DNA of 49,142 bases, the filler included, from Sphacelaria rigidula (lineage: Eukaryota), in NCBI GenBank assembly GCA_964200075.2. It is 3 parts of 3 records of this genome, joined end to end, with 100 filler letters (N's around TTAATTAATTAA, not from the genome) between each part and the next. Parts side by side here need not be neighbours in the genome. Positions count along the whole stretch, not along the records: positions 32,830 to 49,142 come from CAXNAA020001401.1; 2 more parts are not named here. One strand, given 5' to 3'. The stretch's first letter is position 1. Each line of letters begins with the position of its first letter. Positions 39,177 through 49,142 of the stretch are shown one piece after another. A model generated the notes under the pieces. The model ran no database searches. It worked only from the letters and a program-made list of their open reading frames with translations, and was not told the DNA's origin. Position numbers and translations under genes: made by a program.

Positions 39177-39460
39177 GATTGATTGATTGATTATCTCAAA
39201 TTGGCTGATCGCAACAATCGAACTCGTGGTCAGGAGCAGCAGGAAAGAAGCAAAAAAAAACAAAAATAAGGCAAGAAACACAAGAAGACAAAAGGAACAA
39301 TCACAGAGAGGAAAAAAGGAAGGAAGCAGCAGAAGCAACAACAACGACAACAACAGCAACACACGCAAACACAAACACAAACACAAACACGAACAACACA
39401 AGACGATGATTATCTCGTATTACGTGGCTGATTGCAACACTCCAACTCGTGATTAGAAAC
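39177..39460 (-). repeat. Two adjacent retroposon 3'-end remnants with simple repeats
   Basis: GATTATCTC...GGCTGAT.GCAACA...AACTCGTG occurs at about 39190 and about 39408; (TTGA)n and (CAAACA)n tracts. Confidence 0.55.
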
Positions 39461-42400
39461 AGAAAGAAGGGGAAAATGAAAAAACAGAAAACAATTCTAG
39501 CATAAAACGTGAAGAAAGGAATACAAGAGACGAAAGAGACAGATCCAGGCTCGTTTCCGGGGAGGGGGTGGGGTGTGTGTCCACAGACAACACAAGAAAC
39601 ATTCAAGAAACCACCAGGAACAAGAGGTGAACAATTCAGGGATAGGAACCAAACACAATGCTCCACGTATCAGGCGTAGGTTGTGGCGAATTGATGTTGT
39701 TACGCTCGGTCCCAGGTGCTATCGGTGCATGTTGGCCTTTTATTCCTATATCAAATATATGCCTGTGGGCCTCGGAAAATGCTCAGGGCATGGGATTGAT
39801 CCGAATCCCTAGCCCCGACCTTGATATCAAATTTGTGATGAGAACAAAAACACTTGTCAACCCCCGACCTTCCGGAATTTGGAGTGCAGGCTGACTTCGG
39901 AAATGGAAACAACTTTGTGACAAAAAAGGCGACCTTGAGTTGAAATTTGAGAGGAAGACGAAAACTCTCGAGGCTAACTCAAGCCGTCAATTCAGCGGAG
40001 GCAGGTCGTGGTCTATCGCGCGAAGGAGATGTGGGAGGTGCCTGGGGGCCCAGGTTCCGAGGATACCTCCCCTAGCGTGTGTCAGACTTGAAAATTAGTG
40101 CGACACTTGCTCCATCGAAATTAGAGTGGATCGAATCCGAATTTCGGTGAGAGCAGCGTCCTCACGTGATATAAAAGGTGGCGATCGTTTAATCCGTCAG
40201 ATCCGTGGACAGGTTCAAAGATGCCGCGATGTTTGCGACGGCCATTGGCAACCCAGTCTGTACAGTAGTGGGCGGTCTAACTACTCATTTTGAGGCATTT
40301 TGTAATTTCTTCGTAATTGGCGGTCTACGTGGGCATTTTTCGCTTGCCACCGCTGATCACATTGGGGATCAGAATATATTTGTATCCGCTCCATATTCCA
40401 AGAAAAAAATCATCTGTACTCAACATTGAGTGACTTTCGGGCTGACCGGTCATCGGGCGTCCTGCGACGTTTCAATCCGGATTCTCACTCTTCGGCATTT
40501 TCGGTCGATCGAGCCTGTCCAGATCATATTTCTGAAAAAATGTACAGCTATATGTTTTCAAACTTCTGCCTACCCATTGCAATAGAGCCGAAAAACTTCG
40601 TTTTACGGTCAGTAACACGCTCCTGATGACCGGGGTATGTACTCGTTTTGCCCGATAACACCAACTAGCACTTACTTAGGCACTGTGTTACGAAGGTGAT
40701 CTGGTTATTGTACCAAAAAGCTACACGAGGAAAATCCAAAACACCCGCTGAATAGTTCGACCGTCCACTACTGTAATGCTTCAACTTGAGAACACCTGGA
40801 GCGGTAGTTTTGTCCGTGAAGTATGCGGACATATGTGTGCGCTGGTCCTTGTCGTGGCCCTTGATTTGGTACATTTGCGTAGGGGCGCAAGGAAGTATCT
40901 ACGAGGATACACCACACGACCACGCTAGCCCTCAAATAAACAAGAACAGGCACCCGCCACACAGGCACAGTCCACTCATTTTTCGAATCATTCACCTCTC
41001 CCTGCTTTAAGCACTGTAGAAGCCGTGGATGCGGCACTCGTCGTTCACCTGTGGACATCCCCCGAGTGTACCCTGCCTCGCCCACCCCACATGAGGCGGA
41101 GGGGGCAGACTCCCTCGCCGGCGGAGCCCGTTGTATAGTATATGCCGTCGGTAACACGAACCGACTACGCGCGAGGTACCAAGATTCACTGGACGGACAA
41201 TGTTCTGATGCAAGGTGCGGGTCGGCATAAATTTTGCAGACAACCTGTTATGTCGGTCGGTGCTAGTGTGCCACATACATTGTTTGAGCCTCGTGCATAC
41301 GAAGGCAGCGTGTGCCTGCACTCTTGGGTTTGCCTGTGTGTCCTAGTTTGTTGAGGGCAATGATTGGTATTATGTGTATTCGAACATGGTCTTGGGTAGC
41401 TCTGTAGATGGTGAGGGCAAAGTTCGTTCATCCATTTTCTCTGTGGAATGTAGAATTTGTCCCACAATAATAAAAAAACATTACCAGACCAGGGATGCAA
41501 GGACATTTTGTTTTCTAAACGTACATAACCTACTCTTTTGGGTCGGGTATCAAACCTCCCCCCTGCCCCCCCCGCCCCCTCCCCGCAAGGGCGTGAAACG
41601 TTCATGTAAACCCATCGGAGGAGGGTGCCCCTTGTAATGGAGTAGCATACGACCCATTCGCCCACCCTGCCACGTAAAATTATACACGGAAATTCAAAGG
41701 ATATGAAGGAAGAAGGAAAAATCAGGAGTAAGGGTGAATGAAGGGTATGTTGCAAGCATAATGACATGAGTTAAGAAAAGTGTGGTAGGAAAATTAAGAA
41801 AAAAGGAAAGAATGAAGAATGAGTGGCACCGCGTATAGAGACACCTGGAAATAATATCAACAGAAGAAAGAAGCAATAAAAAATTGTTATGGACAATGAA
41901 TAAACTCCTGTGTTGGCGTTTATCGTGTGTGACCCCGGCAGGTGGGCCCACACATACCGAACGGTGTAGATCGGCGACCAGAATAGATGAGACAACAACA
42001 CAAACACACAGAATGAACGAGAACACAATACTCAGTTTGATACCCGGTATTTGTTTTTGAGGTGCGTAACCTTTCAACACAGTATCTAGCCATCGCGGCA
42101 ATGCTCGGTGAATTTTGGATGGAAACTGATCATCACCCTGGCACCCATTGGCACGGGAATCAGCCACCACAGTAGTGACGGCAGTATTGTTTTTTATTTG
42201 TATTTCCTCTGCGTGTGGCAATCCACAGACATGAGGTATGTCTAGACATCCAAACAAGACGGGATCGTACGTGAACCTGAGGTAAAGCTGTTGTGTGAGG
42301 AAGTTGGATAATAGACAAAAAATGGAAGATGAGCCTACTGAACACAGGAGGCACACTAAAGCAAGCTGCGGCACAAAGCGGCCGTCAGCAGGCGTGGTTG

Positions 42401-42706
42401 CAGCAGCACCAGTACCACTCCACGTGCGGAAGAACTCGCCGAGGCAGACGAAGTCACGTCGCCATCTCCACTGTCGGGGCCCTCACCAACAAGTCCACCT
42501 TCGCTCACGACTGTTTGCCTTGGGCCGTGTGTCTCCTGGTGTGGTGCTTTGTGCCTCGGTTCTTTAGCGCCTCAGCGCGCCCGTGTTCACTAAGTAAAAA
42601 ACTGTGGGTTTCTTTTGGACTAAGTTTGTGGAAAAAAAGACTCGAACCAGACACGTCACCCCAAAATGTAAAAGGATCACGGGGAAAAAAAAGGAGGAAA
42701 AATTAA

Positions 42707-42782
42707 GTGGTAGAGCAGGGATTGAGAGTCCGACCTATTCCCCGTAAGTTGTGCCCGCGTACCATTGTCCTACTCGGTTCAC
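42707..42782 (-). other. Degenerate tRNA-like sequence (possible SINE head)
   Basis: Minus strand GTGAACCGAGTAGGACAATGGT...CTCAATCCCTGCTCTACCAC followed by T runs; weak A/B-box resemblance. Confidence 0.3.
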
Positions 42783-45244
42783 GTAACATTGACTTGAGTA
42801 GTGGAGTTCATTTCCCTTCTTGTACAGTAGTCAGGAGTGTAATGTAATTGCGCCGTACTTTTTTGGTGATGAGAAGCCACACGAACGTCAGTATTTGGAC
42901 GCAGACCGTTTGAAGGGGATGGCGAAAAATGATTTTTCCGTCAACAATATGGATGGGAAGGAGAAAATGTCATTTGCTTGGTAATGGTTTGGATGGTGGT
43001 AAAATACGAAGTTGAAGTGGTGACCACTGTACACGGGATTTGTTTCTAGTACGGGAGGTTTTTGTTTTTGTGTGTGAACCTTGGGAACCTTCATGGGCAT
43101 CGGAATATTTTCGGAACGAAATGCGAATGCAGTTTCCGGCCGTGATGTGTGGCCTTGCTCATCCTCAAACAAATATATTTGCAACTCGAAACCTCCGCTG
43201 TTCATACCCAATAATGTCGACTTCCGTCCATTACCGTCCCAAAACAAATATTTTTTTCTTCAGAATCCCAAGTCGACATGAAATTTTACAGATTTGGAAT
43301 GGCTTCGTTCTTTGAGGGTGAGCAAAACCACGGATCACGGCCGGCGAGTGCGTGCGCAGTTTGTTCGGATAAATTTGGAGGCATATGAAGGTTCCCAAAG
43401 CTCATTCTCACAAACAGCATCCCATCTGTAATTTGTGAAATCCCGTGCCATTCGATTGAGAGGTACGGAGACATTCAAATATGGTGGGTGTTGCAGCTTT
43501 TGTGAGTGATTCATTTCATCGGAACACTCTACACACCAACACTGTTTCAGGCTCATCGTCATTCTCCTCCGTTATTGCCGGTTTGCACAAGCTTGGGCCC
43601 AAGTTGTGGTCGTTGTTCCTTGTAACGTTTTCTGAAGATTGTCGCAGGGGATGGCCTTGGGTAGAAGGGTCGTCTCCAACCGAGATCATCAAATGAGGCC
43701 AAGCCAACTTACAGCAGCATGTAGGTGTTTCCAGTAAGTAAGCATTTAGAAGGGATTTTAGGGGTTACTGTGCACTGAACACACTAATTGAGAGGGGAAA
43801 CGCAGAGGGGAAAATACGTAACGGATTATATTTTCCCGACCCGCCGAGGAGGGGTGAGGGGTGGGGATTAGGTAGGTGTGCGGAATATCGTTCGTCGCGT
43901 ACCCTTGACCAAACCAAGATTCACGTGCACATCCTACCAACTACGGCGCCGATTGGTAGTGCCTCGCTTCGCGTGGGATTGGGTGTGCCAGTGTCCGATT
44001 TGCGCCATGACCTAGTCGCAAACGAGAACTGGCTGCAGCGGCGATCTTGTCGATTATCGGCTGACGTGCACGCAGTGAGTTGAGAAAGCACCCTATCCAG
44101 TGTTGTCGTGTCTCCGACGACCTCGTGTTCCTACCCATCGTCTTCTTTTCATCTCCCGGCAAACACGAAGGAAGATACCACGATCAATACGCGCGTGTGG
44201 AGGCAAATGCATGTATGCTCATGTCTATGGATGAAGAATGGCAATACACTCACCACACGAACTTTGGCCAGAACGGCGCTGATTACAGCAGAACGTATCA
44301 CGCGTCGTGTCTACTCGTCAAAATGCTTCATGTATGGTCATGGAGAAAATGCAAATAGCTGCACAACGTGCGGTAGTTGTTCATGTTATGTGCCCTATCT
44401 GCCTCCGAACCCAATCGTGATTGGGGCAACAGCGTACCGTGAATTATGGCTCGTACAGCGTAGCCTTATAGGCAGAGTATCGTACACAGAAGGTGGAAGC
44501 ACTGGAACAGACAATACAGGACATTATGTAGTAGACAACCCGACAACATGAAGTGAATAGATGTTATGAGGTGCTGCACCTAGGGTAGCCATGGTATTTT
44601 CACCACAGCAAGGCCCCCGGAAGTTCAATTTTGGGGTGTTTGGGACGAGAGGTAACAGGAGGCATGGTGAGTGCCAGGCCCTCCCTACGCGTCTGAGGTT
44701 ATCCTCTCGAACGTGACAGGATTTTCACTCCCCCTTCTCCGTGCGACGCCAATGATCTCATGACTACGGCATGCAAAATCATGAGTAAACCCCCGTCCTA
44801 CCCTAAAGGCTCCAGCTCATGACGGTGGAGGGGCCAAAGTGTGTTTGTTCACTGTCGGAAGCTGCACTGTTGCTGAGCGGACCCAGTTGGCAGTGATGCG
44901 CAACGTCCCATGCCGTTCACTTTTTACTACCAGATATACATTGTGCATATGAAGTGCCACACCGCACTGCAGCAACATTGGTCACAGCAACCAGTCCCTG
45001 ACCAGCCGTCATGCATGTAAGGCAAAGCTTTGAAGCTGCATGTTGCATCAGAGTCTGCCCAACGTCTCTATCGCAGGAAATAGCAAAATTTACTCCGCCG
45101 CTGACTGTTAATTGTGTGAAACGGGCTGTGCACCGTAAGCATAGCCCTGCACTGTTCGTGTGTCTCGGCTTCTCCGCTGCAACTTCTCCCCCGCTCCCTG
45201 CCGGTTGAGTAGATTCATGCCTCGGATTCTATGAAAAGATCACA

Positions 45245-45654
45245 GGCACCGTAGGTAAGGTAGGTACCCGGTACACCGGTATTTGGGACATCTCATACCC
45301 CACCTTTACCAATCCAATCGGATATTTTCAAATGTCATGCCTACGATACGCGGGATCACACGGTATTCCAAGATTTCGATACCTACGGCACCCGCACGAT
45401 CGGGCATTTTCGTATGTCGTACCTACGATACCTACGATACCACGGTATTTCGAGATTCCAATACCCACCGTACCCGCGCAATCAGGTACTCTCAAAAGTC
45501 GTACCTACGATACCTACGATACCACGGTATTTCGAGAGTTCAATACCTACTGTACCCGCTCAATCGGGTATTTTCACAACTCATCCATACGATACCTACG
45601 CAAACTACGGTATGGGATACCCCGGTATATACCGGGAGTGTACCCGGTAGTTCC
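45245..45654. repeat. MITE-like element with internal tandem subrepeats
   Basis: Repeated GATACCTACGATACCACGGTATTT units of about 90-bp period; imperfect inverted ends (TACCCGGTACACCGGTATTTGGGACATCTCATACC / GGTATGGGATACCCCGGTATATACCGGGA). Confidence 0.6.
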
Positions 45655-46877
45655 GGACGCGATGCACTCCCCACGGTGCAGCGGCTGGTGCCAACTTGTC
45701 ATGCAAATGCCAGAAGTTGTCGAACCATGTACGTCTTGTGTTCACAAGTGATATACCCAGATTCCTCCTGATTTTCGTGTTTGGATCAATTCGAATGAAC
45801 TCACTATTATGTAGTCTCAAGTGCGGTCGATTTTGTTTATCGATCTGATAGGTCCACCGCATTTCTGTTCTCAGAAGGCTTCAATTCCAATTTGTAATTA
45901 GTTGCGCGCGGAGAAAAACTACAAAACTAAAAAGCTAAGCTTTTTCGATCGAAAACATGCGGTCGAAAGGCACGAAGCGGCACTTGACTCCTATTTTACA
46001 GCCCACCACGCCAGATAACACCCGTTCACAGAACCATGCTAACTCCATCCAACCCCTTCTCAGCTACCATCTCAACCCTGCAGCGTCAAGTTCGAGTTGA
46101 GCACAGGAATAGATACACTGCAATAGTTGGATATGCTTGGTTTTGTTTCGTTGGCGAAAACTTACGCATCTTGGTCCATGGTAGGATCAATGACGGAACT
46201 GCGTGGTGCGTGGTACGGTGGGCAACCGAGTTGCGTACACGCTCATGGACAATGCAGGCAGTACGAAGCGGCCGCGTTGTTCCAGTCCTTTGCACGTCGC
46301 ATTGTAAAGAGAGAGAACTGACAGATCTGGGCTGTCTGCACTGCTAGTTGCCCGCTTCTCTCCAAAATCTTACTGTACGAAACACGCACACACGCACTCG
46401 AGACACATTGCTTGCAAGCAGTGCAGACGGTACAGACGATCTGAGGTGTACACGAGTGACGATGCACAGTTTCACTGATTTCACCGTCTTAGGTCGATCG
46501 AAAGCTTGGAACATCGATTGGACCCAACTCGACCAAAATGTGCGATTTTCGCTCAAACCAGTTTCACCGCCACATTTTTTCGATATGTATATATATATAT
46601 ATTGCCGAGACATGCCCTGAACCGCTCCTCCGCACTGCCGGATGACAGTTTTGAAATCGGTATAGAGAGTAAGGGAGTCGTCCTGCTTCAGGGGGGGGTG
46701 TTTGGTTGCTTGAAACAAGGGGGTCCATGAATATTGCATTGTTCAGTGTTCCAGTATCACTGCGATAGTCATGGAGTTGATCAACGCCCCCCCTACACAC
46801 ACACACGAACAGGACCACACGCTTGAAGTCGACAACAAAGGAATTTATTGTTGTACTGTGCTAACAAGGAAGCCGTA

Positions 46878-47160
46878 TCCGCCACTCACCCCAGGGCCGT
46901 TTTCGTGAATCGGCCCGTCACTTTTGTCGCGCTGACCATCATAAGTACATGGTCACTCAAAAGAAGCTACATGACGCCGATTCACGAAAAGGCCCCTGCG
47001 TACCTTGCGGTGTTTTTTTTTTAGAAGGAAGCGCTAACCGCCGCCCGCCCCCAGAGCCTTTTCGCGAATCGGCCCTTCGGTGTTGTCGCGCCGACCATCA
47101 TCATAACATGTTCATGGAAAAAGCGCGCTAAATTTAGCCAATTCACGAAGACGCTCCTGC
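46878..47160. repeat. Two tandem units of about 160 bp, each with an internal inverted repeat
   Basis: CAGGGCCGTTTTCGTGAATCGGC...GCCGATTCACGAAAAGGCCCCTG, then CAGAGCCTTTTCGCGAATCGGC...GCCAATTCACGAAGACGCTCCTG. Confidence 0.7.
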
Positions 47161-48955
47161 TTGTGCAAGCACCATGTTCGTGGGATTCCGATCGTGATTG
47201 AACAGTAAGCGCCAGAGCCATGATAAGGTTTGGTTGCACTTCGGCCCCCCCCTCTGTTATGCTCATAGGAGCCCGAAGGTACTCGATTCACTGTGCAACA
47301 TAATCTCCCGGTGTTTGCATGCAGGGAGCCATTCAAGAATCGGCGTCATCTGCAGACTTTTGGAGGGAAAAATGATGCCTATTGACCCGTGCAACACTAC
47401 GAGAAATGTTTTCGTTCGAATACGAATTGGGCCTGTTGTAAACAGCACATTTCCTGAGAACATCACCACTTCTCAAGTTTATCGAATCTGCGTGCCTTGA
47501 GCATATCGCTGTGAACTGCAGATTAACCTGGTGACATGCGGTATCGACGCTGCTCTGTTGGCGCAGTTTTGACAATGATGTTACTGTATTGTACTATTGT
47601 AGTCCCCAAAATGTCGCGTGATGGCGTGTCGGGAGACGTTTCGTTTCGCAGACTCGCGGTGGAATCACCTGTTGTAACTATGCACCGTTGAGCATTGCCT
47701 TGTCACACGAAAAGTGCTCGCTGGCGTCCAATTCGAGGAGTTGTGGGCTGAAATTTTACCAGTTGGAGGTTCTGCAGTAACTATCAATTTTTACACGGAG
47801 GTATGTCGTTTTTCGTGTTTTTGTAGAAACTTCAAGTCGCTCTACCTTCCTTATCCATTTTTGTTTTTCCCCGGGGATCTCCAACAGTCTTGTCCGTATT
47901 GGTGGTGAAGATGTCGTGTAAAATCTTCAGCGCCCTACTCTTCGAATTACCGCCCGGCGGTGCTTTCTGCTGTTTCAAAACAGCCTTAGCTGGCCCAGCT
48001 CGTAGTGCTACCCCCTCCTTCCGGTTTATGGCTCCTCACATACCGGTGCTCCTCTCCGAAGAAGAGAGCCTGAAAAAAAACCGCAGACCCTACGGTATCA
48101 TTGGGCGGCATCGTCCTTTGGCCCAAATACGGGTGGATCGACACGACGGGCACCGGTGGTGTGAGACGTCGATCGTGTTTGGTTCTCAGGTGCGTGGACA
48201 CCGTCAACACGCAAAACAGCGCTGATGGGTCGAGGTGTATAGATATGAATATAAGGCATGTACGCACTCGGTGCAGAGACACGCAGAGAGCAATATAAAA
48301 TATGCTGCAGGAAAAACTGACTGTACTTATCACTACATGTTCATCCACCACACAATCCTCTGCCTACAGGATCCGTAGATCGAAATCTCGAGCCGAATAC
48401 CCCAAACAGCCCCCCCAATGGGAACGAGCTAATGATCTCGAAACCTTGCCCGGATTGCCAATAAACAACAATCAGTCGAACCTTCAATCCCTCCTTCATA
48501 TCGATTATATATCTCAGATCTCCCAATTCCACACATATTGTGACAAATATCAAGAGTATTAAAATCAAATCCACTCTGAAAACAATCAGCCCCTCAGGAA
48601 GATGTTCTATCAAATCTCACGTCATCTCGATGGCTATTCAATGCGCACCGACCACAATATTATCGAGGGAGTTATTCTCAAGTCAAAACAGCACTCCAGG
48701 AAAACAGTTCCGGCAATTACGCGCACCCTTGCGGTTATGCGCCCATGGTAGATAGGTACACCATAATCTCACCCTGGGGAATGCGGTAACGAATCAAGAC
48801 AGAATCCGCAGACAAATATCATATTTCAACTGCGTCGACCAATTCTCACAAGATTTCGGAAGCACTTGAGCCTCAACGATGACTCATTAAAATAGGTCAA
48901 AACCCTCTCCTTGAATACATCATGGATAGGCAAACCCAATATAGCGAAGGAAAAA

Positions 48956-49068
48956 CTCACGTGTGAAAACGCGAAGCACGACCTTTCCCAATGTTTACTT
49001 TTACTTGAAGCACGACCTTTCCCAATGTTTACTCACGTGTGAAAACGCGAAGCACGACCTTTACCAAT
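48956..49068 (+). repeat. Local tandem duplication
   Basis: GAAGCACGACCTTT x3 and CTCACGTGTGAAAACGC x2. Confidence 0.8.
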
Positions 49069-49142
49069 AGGCACCCTGCCCCAATATTATTTCCGCGTGT
49101 AGAATATAAGATCAAGCCCCCCCCCCCCCGGTTACAGACCCC

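Noticed and set aside
39093..39456. Hydrophobic and Lys-rich ORFs
   Set aside because: Translations of simple A-rich repeats in retroposon tails.

Overview
Eukaryotic, intron-rich, repeat-laden genomic DNA. Gene style, base composition and a TTAGGG-type repeat suggest a stramenopile, probably a brown alga (inference). Two spliced minus-strand genes can be reconstructed by hand. The first is a complete 9-exon CAAX prenyl protease 1 (STE24/peptidase M48, 2616-5946, 463 aa). The second is a PrimPol (CCDC111) primase-polymerase with all three AEP motifs and a long low-complexity N-terminal extension (17130 to at least 21083); its Zn-finger exons are not visible before an assembly gap. The remainder is transposon-derived: a Ty1/copia pol with PPT and probable 3' LTR, a 5'-truncated LINE, tRNA-derived SINE-like sequences sharing the LINE 3' tail, piggyBac-like TTAA elements and a TTA-flanked PIF/Harbinger-like element. 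It also holds a twice-present composite TIR element carrying a coding-like cargo, nested inverted-repeat elements (one enclosing CCCTAA repeats) and a 150-bp loopless palindrome. Two 100-nt N gaps carry an artificial TTAATTAATTAA linker. I see no convincing wholly new system; the best leads are the composite cargo-carrying element, the atypical PrimPol architecture and the long palindrome.
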